From an uncultured Anaerolineales bacterium (GTDB lineage Bacteria > Chloroflexota > Anaerolineae > Anaerolineales > UBA11858), in assembly GCA_964344175.1 (NCBI GenBank), contig CAYFMI010000010.1, forward strand, positions 243 through 64,242: a DNA stretch of 64,000 bases, written 5' to 3'. Shown piece by piece: positions 17,871 to 26,623 of the stretch; the first letter of the stretch is position 1, and each line of letters begins with the position of its first letter. The notes beneath the pieces were generated by a model. The model was not told the origin of the DNA. It worked only from the letters and a program-made list of their open reading frames with translations, and made no database searches. The translations under genes and the position numbers were made by a program.

Positions 17871-18001
17871 GATATATAGAAGTTGCTTATCATTTATTAT
17901 AAGTAGATTGCATAAGCTTGGGTTATTTTCGTCACTAGGAATTATGACATTTTCTTATTTATAATTCAGATTGTGAAATCGAGAACAAGCAGGAAGGTAA
18001 A

Positions 18002-19399
18002 ATGAATAAACTTAGGCCTTTTTATTTTTTTCTAGCAATTCTTGTTATCATTGGAGTGGCCGCTTTTGCAAATATGGGGATAGCCAACGCACTCCCATTA
18101 GAAGACGCCATACCTGTTGAAGAGCCTTCAGATAAAGCTGCTGAAGGGGTGGATGAATGCGTTGTCTGCCATTCTGATAAGGAAAGACTTGTGAGTTCGG
18201 CGAAAGCAGAAGAAGTTTCCGAAAGCGAAAACGAAGGAGAGGGCTGAGGGGGCGAAGTGGCTCCGTTGGAGCCCTGGGAAAAAGTTCTTCTAGATGAGAC
18301 CTTTGCTGAAACAGTTCATGGGAGCATTGCTTGTATGGAATGCCATAGCGGGCAGCAGTCGAGTAACAAAGAAACTGCTCATACCGATTTGATCATCGCT
18401 CCGAGTACGGATCCTGGGAAAGCCTGTGGAACTTGCCATGCTGAGATTGTCGAAGTTTATCCGTCCAGCTTGCATTCATCGCAGCAGGGTTATTGGACCA
18501 TGATCGAAGCGCGCAGCGTGCCTGAAAACCACGTTGCTCTCGAAGAAATGTTCGGCAATCATTGTTCGAGTTGCCATACCGATTGCGGTGATTGCCATGT
18601 CAGTCAGCCGACTTCGGTGGGGGGGGGCTTTATCAATGGTCATATATTCAACGCGACCCCCTCGATGACACGCAACTGCACCGCCTGTCATGGCAGCCGG
18701 GTGGGAAATGAGTACCTGGGCAAACATGAGGATATCAAGGCGGATGTCCACTTTCGTCAAGGGCGCATGAAATGCACCGACTGTCATACGGCAGAAGAAA
18801 TGCACGGTGATTATGCGGCCCTGGGAATGCAAGAGACCCCCGATCACCGTTACTCTGGTGGACAACTTCCTGCCTGTGAGGATTGCCACGATGTAACCCA
18901 ATTTGAGACCCAATATCTGGTGTCCCACAAGGTCCATAGCGCCTTAGCCTGTCAGACCTGCCACTCAGTGTCCTATACCAGTTGTGATGGCTGCCATGTT
19001 CAAGTGAGCGAGGAGTCTGGCAAGCCGTATTTTTCCACAGAAGGGACGTATATGACCTTCTATATTGGCAAGAACCCACTCCAAAGCGCCGAACGCCCCT
19101 ATGAGTATGTCACGCTGAGGCATATTCCTGTTGCTGAAACCAGCTATCAATACTATGGGGAGAATCTGCTCCCCAACTTCGACGCCTTGCCCACCTGGGC
19201 ATACGCCACCCCTCACAATATTCAGCGGGTAACGCCACAAACAGAATCTTGCACAATCTGTCATGACAACCCCGAAATCTTCCTGACAGCCGATAAGGTT
19301 TCTCCCCTGGAGCGGAACGCAAACCAATCTGTGATTGTCGAAGAAATTCCCGAGTTAATTATGGAGAGCTTTGGCGCAACTGAGCCGAGTGATCCTTAA
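18002..19399 (+). CDS. 11-heme c-type cytochrome requiring in-frame UGA (18245-18247) decoding; candidate selenocysteine-containing multiheme cytochrome
   Basis: ORF 18002..18247 (signal peptide plus CVVCH) and ORF 18257..19399 (10 CxxCH, no signal peptide) are in the same frame. They are separated by TGA plus GGG GGC GAA. A hairpin lies 11 nt after the TGA. The alternative model is two genes with the second starting at GTG 18257. Confidence 0.55.
18259..18273 (+). other. candidate bacterial SECIS stem-loop GGCUCC-GUU-GGAGCC
   Basis: A perfect 6-bp stem with a GUU loop begins exactly 11 nt 3' of UGA 18245-18247. Confidence 0.4.
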
Positions 19400-19435
19400 T
19401 TTTGTAGCAATATCAAAATTATTAAGGAGATGATT

Positions 19436-21127
19436 ATGAAAAAGAAGCTACACGTTGTTCTCTCAGTGCTTGTTCTCGCGAGCATGCTGGTAGCAGCAAT
19501 GCCTGTATTTGCGGATTCGCACATGGCAGACCTTGATGCTCCCTATAGCGCAATGTTGGGCAGTATGGTGGGCTATAACACCGTCAAAGCCGATGGTTTG
19601 CTGGTTGAGATGGCCGAAGATGAGCCGCCTTTCTTGCTCGATGTTCGTACCACCCCTGAGCTGGAAGAGAACGGCCACATCGAAGGGGCTGTGCATATCC
19701 CCTTGGCTGAATTGGCCCAAAATCTCGATTTGTTGCCTGCCTTCGATACCCCCATTGTGACCTATTGTGGCAGTGGCTGGCGTGCCACCATTGCAATGAC
19801 ATCGCTCTACGCGCTGGGGTGGGCCGATGTGCGTGCGCTCAAGACCACATTCGCTGATTGGGTAGGAGCGGGTAATCCGGTTGCTGAAGGTGTTCCCGAA
19901 GTTGTTGCTTTGAATGCAGCCGAGCCCGATGTTGAAGCAGTTGCGCTTGTGGACGCTGCCCTGGCGGCTTATGGCGTTGCTCCCTACGGTGTCATTGATG
20001 CCGAAGGTCTCAATACTGCTTTGGTAGAAGACCCCGAAATGGTTATTATCGACGTGCGCACCCCCGGGGAATGGACAGGTAAGGGTGTGATTGACACCGG
20101 TGATGTTGAACTGATCAACCTGCCTTTACAGCGATTTGTTGCCCAGAAAACTCTATGGCCTGTCGATAAAGACACCCACATTGTTGTCTACTGCGGTAGT
20201 GGGCACCGTTCCACAATGGCGATGGCTATTTTGTGGACCTATGGATATACCAATGTCTCCAGCCTGAAAGGTGGATTTGGTGGTTGGACAGAAGCAGAAT
20301 ATGCTGCTGTTGAGTATGCTGCGCCAGATTTTGCCACGCCTTATGCAGATATGCTAGCCAATATGGCTGGTTACAATACGGTTAAGGCGGATGGTTTACT
20401 GGTCGAGATGGCTGAAGATCAACCGCCCTTCTTGCTTGATGTGCGCACTACCCCTGAGCTGGAAGAAAACGGCCATATCGAAGGGGCGGTGCATATTCCC
20501 CTGGCTGAACTGGCTGCGAACCTGGATCTGTTGCCCGCTTTTGATACCCCCATCGTAGCTTACTGCGGCAGCGGCTGGCGTGCCACCATTGCCATGACCG
20601 CGTTGCATGGTATGGGTTGGACTGATGTGCGTGCCCTCAAAACAACCTTTGCTGATTGGGTGGCGGCTGAGAACCCAGTTGTCGAGGGTGTTCCTGAAGC
20701 CGTAGCCCTGGATGTTGCCGAAGTGGATCCCAAGGTGGCCGTTTTCAAAGATGCTACTCTGGGCGCTTTTGGTGTCAAGCCTTATGGTGTTCTCACTGCA
20801 GATGTGCTGAACACGGAGTTGGTCGAAGATCCTGAGATCATTGTGATTGACGTTCGACGCACAGATGAATTGGAAGAGAATGGCGTCATTGATGTTGGTG
20901 AAGCGACTCTAGTTCACATTCCGTTGGAAGAGTTCATCACTCAGTTGGAGAGCTGGCCTGCAGAGAAGGATGCCCATATTGATGTCTACTGCGGCAGCGG
21001 ACACCGCTCTACAATGGCAATGGAGATGTTATGGGCCTTTGGGTACACGAATGTCTCTAGTTTGAAGGGTGGCTTTGGCGGATGGGTAGAAGCTGGATAC
21101 CCGGTTGCTGAATACGTTGCTCCCTAA
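19436..21127 (+). CDS. exported protein with four rhodanese domains (thiosulfate/persulfide sulfurtransferase-like)
   Basis: The signal peptide is LVAAMPVFA/DS. The four active-site loops are YCGSGWRATIAM (two copies) and YCGSGHRSTMAM (two copies). An AAGGAG RBS lies 6 nt before ATG 19436. Confidence 0.8.
   Translation: MKKKLHVVLSVLVLASMLVAAMPVFADSHMADLDAPYSAMLGSMVGYNTVKADGLLVEMAEDEPPFLLDVRTTPELEENGHIEGAVHIPLAELAQNLDLLPAFDTPIVTYCGSGWRATIAMTSLYALGWADVRALKTTFADWVGAGNPVAEGVPEVVALNAAEPDVEAVALVDAALAAYGVAPYGVIDAEGLNTALVEDPEMVIIDVRTPGEWTGKGVIDTGDVELINLPLQRFVAQKTLWPVDKDTHIVVYCGSGHRSTMAMAILWTYGYTNVSSLKGGFGGWTEAEYAAVEYAAPDFATPYADMLANMAGYNTVKADGLLVEMAEDQPPFLLDVRTTPELEENGHIEGAVHIPLAELAANLDLLPAFDTPIVAYCGSGWRATIAMTALHGMGWTDVRALKTTFADWVAAENPVVEGVPEAVALDVAEVDPKVAVFKDATLGAFGVKPYGVLTADVLNTELVEDPEIIVIDVRRTDELEENGVIDVGEATLVHIPLEEFITQLESWPAEKDAHIDVYCGSGHRSTMAMEMLWAFGYTNVSSLKGGFGGWVEAGYPVAEYVAP
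19535..21127 (+). repeat. tandem intragenic duplication (about 798-bp unit, two copies) of a two-rhodanese module
   Basis: Unit A begins at 19535 and unit B at 20333. Long stretches are near-identical at the DNA level, for example GATGGTTT.CTGGT.GAGATGGC.GAAGAT... Confidence 0.8.
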
Positions 21128-21143
21128 TAGATAAAATTTTCAT

Positions 21144-21181
21144 AAAAAGCCTGGCCCTGCGTGTTATGGGCCAGGCTTTTT
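21144..21181 (+). terminator. rho-independent terminator after the rhodanese gene
   Basis: GCCTGGCCC, a 10-nt loop, GGGCCAGGC, then TTTTT. Confidence 0.75.
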
Positions 21182-21395
21182 CATTCGTGGGGCAAAGATA
21201 CCCCCCTGATGGTTGAAAGTGGTTGTTCCCAAAGCGGGGTGGGATGCCGACTACCCAAAAGAATGGCTCGATGGTTCTCTCTCCCATGCTAACGAGTGTC
21301 ATAAACTATCCTGGGGGAGGTGTGATGAATTCTCATTATTTGTTAATATTTGCACAGATAACTTAGGATCCTCAGGATGAATTCACGGAGGCATA

Positions 21396-21740
21396 ATGCA
21401 AAAGCCCCAGCAAGTGGTAATTCTCTCGGACCACTCGATTTTTGCCGAAGGCGTTGCAAAACGATTTCAGCAATATCCAGATCTGGTGAATTTGCATTTA
21501 ATCAACCCTCAAGAAGAAGATGCCTTTGTGCGTATCTCTGAAATTCAACCCTCGGCAGTAATATTGAATGCATCTGAAGCCGAAATGAAAACCCACTGCG
21601 CACTTTGCGAACTAATTACATCGTTTACTTCCATCAAAATAATTCGATTAGCCGTAGATCGCGAGGGGGTTCAACTCATTACCAGTGAGCAAAGTCAGTT
21701 AGGCGAAATACGCGATCTGATAGGACTTATTGATTCATAA
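21396..21740 (+). CDS. small receiver-like (pseudo-receiver) domain protein, function unknown
   Basis: The 114-aa product has the layout VVILSDHSIFAEGV...AVILNASEAEM. This resembles a NarL-type receiver, but the acidic pocket and phospho-acceptor positions appear substituted (SD, N). Confidence 0.35.
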   Translation: MQKPQQVVILSDHSIFAEGVAKRFQQYPDLVNLHLINPQEEDAFVRISEIQPSAVILNASEAEMKTHCALCELITSFTSIKIIRLAVDREGVQLITSEQSQLGEIRDLIGLIDS

Positions 21741-21898
21741 GTTGTTTGATGATCACCCAGACCGTTAAATGAACTACGCCATGAAAGGAGGTGATGCTCC
21801 AAAAAAATAATATTACAGCTACACCAAATCTAATGGTTATTCCTATTTGGATTTGGTACACTTTTTTGTTTGCACGATACATTGTAGAGGAGAATAGA

Positions 21899-24097
21899 AT
21901 GCAAAAAAGAATCTTTATCATTGCTCTGATGGTGGCCCTCAGCCTTGTGCTGGTAAGCTGTGCTACACCAGATGCACTCGAATGCCCGGATTGTCCGGCT
22001 TGTCCTGATGCAGAATGTCCAGAAGCACCGGCTTGCCCTGAAGCAGAGCCTTGCCCAGAATATGAAGCCATCCTCCCTGAGATTGAGGCTGCATGGGCTG
22101 GCTCCGGCCACGCGGCCGCAGACGCTGAAGCGTTCCGCCATTGGGATGAGGACGATCCTGCTGTGGTGTCATTGGCCTGTGCCAAATGCCACAGCACTGC
22201 TGGTTATGTAGAATACGTCGGCACTGGCGTAGTGACGGCAGAAACCCCTGCTGAGGAAAACCTGGGTGTGATGTGTGTGGCTTGTCACAACGAATTCACA
22301 GCCGAAAAAGGCAGTGTGGTAATGCCCTCAGGTATTGAACTTTCTGGCCTGGGTGATGAGGCTCGCTGTATGGAATGCCATCAGGGACGCCATTCAACAG
22401 TCAGTGTAAATAACGGCATTGCAGCGGCGGCTGGTATTGAGGTTGTCGTCCCCGAAGATGCCGAAGATCCTGCTCATGCGGCTATCGCAGCGGCTGCCGA
22501 AGCCGCTGCTCAGGCTGACCCTGACGCAGTATACGAAGATCTAGGCTTTGCCAACATCCACTACTTTGCTGCGGCTGCCACCAAGTATGGCACCTATGCA
22601 AAAGGTGGTTATGAATATGCGGGCAAGACCTATGATGGCAATTTTGCGCATGTTGAAGAATTCGACACCTGCATCGAATGTCATGATCCACATACCCTGG
22701 AAGTTCAGGTTGAAGGGTGTGTCATGTGCCACGGCGAAGGTGAGCCTGCTGGCTACCGCATGTATGGTTCGGCGGTGGACTACGATGGTGATGGTGACTT
22801 AGAAGAAGGTATTGCAGCCGAGATTGCCGGTTTGCAGGAAACGCTGTATGCTGCACTTCAGGCATATGCGGCGGATACGGTTGGTACAGGCATCATCTAC
22901 GACTCCCACGCTTATCCTTACTTCTTCAATGATAGCGATGGCGATGGTGCGGTTACCGAAGGCGAAGCCAATTATGGCAATAAATATGCCACCTGGACAC
23001 CTCGCCTGGCCCGCGCGGCCTATAACTATCAGGTTTCCCTGAAGGACCCCGGTGGTTATGCCCATGGCGGTAAGTACATCATCCAATTGCTGTATGACTC
23101 CATCGAAGATTTGGGTGGCGATGTAGCTGCTTTGCACCGTGATGACCACGCCCACTTTATGGGTTCCGCCGAAGCCTTCCGCCATTGGGACGAAGATGGC
23201 GAAGTTTCAGGTAGCTGTGCTCGCTGTCACTCAGCGGACGGCTTGCCCTTCTACCATGAAGCCGGTGTCAACGTGGCAACAGAGATCTCCAACGGCTTCC
23301 AGTGTGAAACTTGCCATGCTGGTGAGTGGCCCGGACGCCTGGCGTTCCCCGCTGTGACATTCCCCAGTGGTGCGACCGTTGAGGTCGCCGAGGGCGATGA
23401 GAGCGGCCTGTGTATGCAGTGTCACCAGGGCCGTTCCTCGACCGTAACCGTCAATGGGATGGTAGCCGATCTGCCTGGTGACGAAGTGTCTGATAGCCTG
23501 CGTTTCTCTAATATCCACTACTTTGCTGCAGGTGCCTCTCGTTATGGCACTGAGGCTCAGGGCGGCTACGAGTTCGATGGCAAGGAATACGTTGGGTACT
23601 TCGAACATGTGGCCGGGTATGACACCTGCACCGCCTGTCACGACGCCCATGCCCTCGAAGTCAAGACCGCAGAATGCTTCACCTGCCACGCTGGCTATGA
23701 AGACGTCAAAGACATCCGCATGTCAGAAGTAGACTATGATGGCGATGGTGATGTTGCCGAAGGCATTGCAGGCGAAGTCGAGACTATGGCTGCTGCCCTC
23801 TACGATGCCATAAAGGCCTATTCTGCAGAGATTGGCTTCCCGGTCGTCTACGAATCTCATAGCTATCCTTACTTCTTCGCCGATGCTAATGGCGATGGTG
23901 AGGCTACGCCTGACGAAGCCAACTATGGCAATCGCTATGGAACCTGGACCCCGAACTTGCTCGAAGCGGCTTACAACTACCAATATGCCCTGAAAGATCC
24001 CGGTGGCTTTGCGCATAATGGCAATTACGTTCTACAATTGCTCTATGACAGCATCCAGGCTGTTGGCGGCGATGTTGCCGGAATGACGCGTCCGTAG
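21899..24097 (+). CDS. lipoprotein decaheme c-type cytochrome with Cys-Pro-rich stalk and internal duplication
   Basis: The lipobox is LVLVSC. The CP-rich segment is CPDCPACPDAECPEAPACPEAEPCPE. There are 10 CxxCH motifs arranged as two 5-heme halves (AEAFRHWDED...). A GAGGAG RBS precedes ATG 21899, and the track start at 21791 is rejected. Confidence 0.8.
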   Translation: MQKRIFIIALMVALSLVLVSCATPDALECPDCPACPDAECPEAPACPEAEPCPEYEAILPEIEAAWAGSGHAAADAEAFRHWDEDDPAVVSLACAKCHSTAGYVEYVGTGVVTAETPAEENLGVMCVACHNEFTAEKGSVVMPSGIELSGLGDEARCMECHQGRHSTVSVNNGIAAAAGIEVVVPEDAEDPAHAAIAAAAEAAAQADPDAVYEDLGFANIHYFAAAATKYGTYAKGGYEYAGKTYDGNFAHVEEFDTCIECHDPHTLEVQVEGCVMCHGEGEPAGYRMYGSAVDYDGDGDLEEGIAAEIAGLQETLYAALQAYAADTVGTGIIYDSHAYPYFFNDSDGDGAVTEGEANYGNKYATWTPRLARAAYNYQVSLKDPGGYAHGGKYIIQLLYDSIEDLGGDVAALHRDDHAHFMGSAEAFRHWDEDGEVSGSCARCHSADGLPFYHEAGVNVATEISNGFQCETCHAGEWPGRLAFPAVTFPSGATVEVAEGDESGLCMQCHQGRSSTVTVNGMVADLPGDEVSDSLRFSNIHYFAAGASRYGTEAQGGYEFDGKEYVGYFEHVAGYDTCTACHDAHALEVKTAECFTCHAGYEDVKDIRMSEVDYDGDGDVAEGIAGEVETMAAALYDAIKAYSAEIGFPVVYESHSYPYFFADANGDGEATPDEANYGNRYGTWTPNLLEAAYNYQYALKDPGGFAHNGNYVLQLLYDSIQAVGGDVAGMTRP

Positions 24098-24129
24098 TTG
24101 TTTTAGTGTGGACGTGCAATGCTTTACAA

Positions 24130-24162
24130 AGACCGGGTGCCTCGCGCACCCGGTCTCTTTTT
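24130..24162 (+). terminator. rho-independent terminator after the decaheme gene
   Basis: GACCGGGTGC, a short loop, GCACCCGGTC, then TCTTTTT. Confidence 0.7.
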
Positions 24163-24300
24163 AGAGTATGGCTGGATCCCTCCTTGCATTGCGGCGTGCC
24201 TTTTCAAGGGCAAGAATGGAGTAGTCGTGTACCCCCGTTAGCAGGTGAGGGATTATTGTTCAACATAACCTTTGATTTGAGATATATATAATTAGCTCTT

Positions 24301-24329
24301 TTCACTCGATAAGATGATCTTGGTATAAT
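24301..24329 (+). promoter_or_regulatory. sigma70-like promoter candidate TTCACT-N17-TATAAT, possibly giving a leaderless kinase mRNA
   Basis: The -10 element at 24324-24329 ends 6 nt before ATG 24336. Confidence 0.3.
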
Positions 24330-24335
24330 CAATTT

Positions 24336-25841
24336 ATGCACCCTTCGGCAGGTTTGATCTTAGTTTTCTTTTTCTATGGGTTGGCCTTTTTCTCAATGGG
24401 ACTTATTGTGGCCATTGAGCGTGGACGCGGCACAGATGAGCGTCTGCGCCACGCTTTGCGTCCACTGATCGGGTTTGGCCTGATTCATGGTGGGCACGAG
24501 TGGCTAGAGATCTTTGAGATTCTGCATGTACTCCCCGGACAAGAAGCTGCCCCCCTGGCGTGGCATAGTATCCGTACGGCTCTGTTGGCTTTTTCCTTCT
24601 TCTCACTGACCGCTTTTGGCGCTTCCCTACTTTCACCAACCCCCCAAATCCGCCGCCTGAGTATGATTGCCCCCTTGGTACAAGCGGCAATATGGGGTTT
24701 CGGTTTGCTCTATTTTGCCGAACAATATGATGTACAAGATGAATTATGGGTAGTGGCAGATGTGTGGACACGCTACGTTGTAGCTATTCCAGGCTCACTG
24801 GTGGCTTGTCTGGGGCTTATCAATCAACAACGGGTGTTTCGCCTGGCAGGTTTAGAGCGCTTCAGCAGAGATAGCCTGTGGGCCGCAGTCGCTTTTGCCT
24901 GGTATGGATTGATTGGGCAATCGTTTACACGGGCCAGCCCTATTCCGCCTTCGACGTTTCTGAACCAAGATTTATTCCAAGAAGTGTTTGGATTTCCTGT
25001 GCAGTTGTTACGGGCGGCAGCAGCCATAGCCGTTGCCATTTTTGTCGTGCGCTTCCTGCGCTCTTTTGAGGTTGAAACTCAGCGTAAGATTGGCGAACTT
25101 CAGGCGGCGCGCCTGCTTGAAGCTCAACGTAAAGAAGCCCTGCGCGGCGAACTACTGCGCAGAGTGGTTGCCGCTCAAGAATCTGAGCGTCAGCGGATTG
25201 CCCGAGAGTTACATGACGAAACGGGTCAGGCATTGACCGCACTTGGATTAGGATTGCGGGGTGTCTCTTCAACCGTGCGAACGGATCTTGATAAAGCCTC
25301 GGGCAACCTCCGCCAACTTGAAGGGATGGCCGTGCGCTCCCTGGATGAACTTCGGCGTCTCATTTCCGATTTGCGGCCATCCCATTTGGATGATCTGGGC
25401 TTGGCGGCTGCTATCCGGTGGTATGTCGGCGACATTCATGATCGAGCCAGTTTAGATATTGATCTCGATATTCCACCAGATGAAGAATGTAATTTACCCA
25501 GTACCATCAGCACAACCTTGTTTCGCGTAGTGCAAGAGGCGCTGACGAATATCGTCAAACACGCCTGCGCCGAGCACGCCTGGGTGCGGCTTGGGCGCCG
25601 AGATGGCATTGTAAGGCTTGAAATTGAGGATGATGGCATTGGTTTGGTGGATGACATGCATTTTGCACAGGGTCAACCCGCGTGGGGGTTGCTGGGCATG
25701 GAAGAACGCGCCCATTTGCTTGGTGGTGAGTTTCATCTGAAATCTAGGCCCGGAGATGGAACACGCATCACCGTGTTAGTCCCTTGCCCAGATAGTTTGC
25801 TCGAAGAGGAAGAAGATGATACGACTATTGTTGGTGGATGA
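24336..25841 (+). CDS. sensor histidine kinase, NarX/DegS-type (HisKA_3) with polytopic membrane sensor domain, copy 1
   Basis: About 6-7 TM helices carry FFYGLAFFSMGL and HGGHEWLEIF. The H-box is ERQRIARELHDETGQ, followed by an HATPase_c domain. It is a paralog of 36413..37942. Confidence 0.8.
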   Translation: MHPSAGLILVFFFYGLAFFSMGLIVAIERGRGTDERLRHALRPLIGFGLIHGGHEWLEIFEILHVLPGQEAAPLAWHSIRTALLAFSFFSLTAFGASLLSPTPQIRRLSMIAPLVQAAIWGFGLLYFAEQYDVQDELWVVADVWTRYVVAIPGSLVACLGLINQQRVFRLAGLERFSRDSLWAAVAFAWYGLIGQSFTRASPIPPSTFLNQDLFQEVFGFPVQLLRAAAAIAVAIFVVRFLRSFEVETQRKIGELQAARLLEAQRKEALRGELLRRVVAAQESERQRIARELHDETGQALTALGLGLRGVSSTVRTDLDKASGNLRQLEGMAVRSLDELRRLISDLRPSHLDDLGLAAAIRWYVGDIHDRASLDIDLDIPPDEECNLPSTISTTLFRVVQEALTNIVKHACAEHAWVRLGRRDGIVRLEIEDDGIGLVDDMHFAQGQPAWGLLGMEERAHLLGGEFHLKSRPGDGTRITVLVPCPDSLLEEEEDDTTIVGG

Positions 25842-26463
25842 TCATGCTGTGGTTCGCTCAGGCTTGCGGATGTTATTAGAAGGGAAAGAAGACCTCCTCA
25901 TTGTGGGGGAGGCAGGCACAGCCAGTGAAGCAATTAACCTAACCCCCAGTTTAAAACCAGACGTTATTTTGATGGATATTGGCTTGCCAGATGTTTCAGG
26001 TATTGATGCCACCCGCCAAATCAAAGAACTCTGGCCCGAAACGGCTATTGTGGCCTTGACGATTCATGAAGACGAAGAATATTTCTTCAAAATGCTTGAG
26101 GCCGGTGCCAGTGGATATGTGCCCAAGCGAGCAGCACCAGAGGAGTTATTGTCTGCTATACAAGTTGCTGCATCAGGAGAAGTTTATCTATACCCTTCGT
26201 TGGCAAAACTGTTGGTGAAAGATTATCTTACCCAGGGCAGCCTAGATGAAGACCAGACCGCTCTTGATGGATTAACAGAGCGCCAGCAGGAAGTCTTGGC
26301 ATTGCTCGCCGAGGGGGCTACCAATAGTGAAATTGCCGAAAAATTGTTTATCAGCCCAAAAACAGTTGCTTCTCATCGTGAAAACATTATGCAGAAACTC
26401 AACTTGCATTCGCGCACGGAGTTGGTGAAATACGCCATCCGCAAAGGCCTGATACAACTCTGA
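25816..26463 (+). CDS. NarL/FixJ (LuxR)-family response regulator, copy 1
   Basis: Receiver motifs LLVDDHAVVRSG and VILMDIGLPDVSG are followed by the C-terminal HTH LTERQQEVLALLAEGATNSEIAEKLFISPKTVASHRENIMQKL. Confidence 0.85.
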   Translation: MIRLLLVDDHAVVRSGLRMLLEGKEDLLIVGEAGTASEAINLTPSLKPDVILMDIGLPDVSGIDATRQIKELWPETAIVALTIHEDEEYFFKMLEAGASGYVPKRAAPEELLSAIQVAASGEVYLYPSLAKLLVKDYLTQGSLDEDQTALDGLTERQQEVLALLAEGATNSEIAEKLFISPKTVASHRENIMQKLNLHSRTELVKYAIRKGLIQL

Positions 26464-26503
26464 CGGAATTATTTCTACTGGAATTGCAGTAAGAAACTCG
26501 CCC

Positions 26504-26545
26504 AAAAAGAGTGCCACAGCACATTTGACTGCGGCACTCTTTTTG
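26504..26545 (+). terminator. rho-independent terminator after response regulator copy 1
   Basis: AAAAAGAGTGCCACAG, a loop, CTGCGGCACTCTTTTT. Confidence 0.7.
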
Positions 26546-26603
26546 GTTATGTTGGTCAGTCCTAAATTTCGCAAACCCTTGTCTAAAGTCAGATACGCTT
26601 GTG

Positions 26604-26623
26604 TATGGGGTATCTGCCCCATA
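26604..26623. promoter_or_regulatory. palindrome TATGGGG-N6-CCCCATA upstream of the cytochrome/NrfCD operon
   Basis: A perfect 7-6-7 inverted repeat. Its core TGGG-N8-CCCA is shared with 36306..36331. Confidence 0.35.

Noticed and set aside
21727-22197. Minus-strand 156-aa ORF with the low-complexity sequence SGQAGASGHSASGQAG.
   Set aside because: It is antisense to the Cys-Pro-rich stalk coding region of the decaheme gene, so it is a compositional artefact.
19535-24097. Regularly repeated DNA in 19.5-24.1 kb, checked as a possible CRISPR array or tandem repeat array.
   Set aside because: The repeats are intragenic domain duplications with units of 798 bp and about 1044 bp in continuous ORFs. 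They are not short repeat-spacer arrays, and no cas genes are present.
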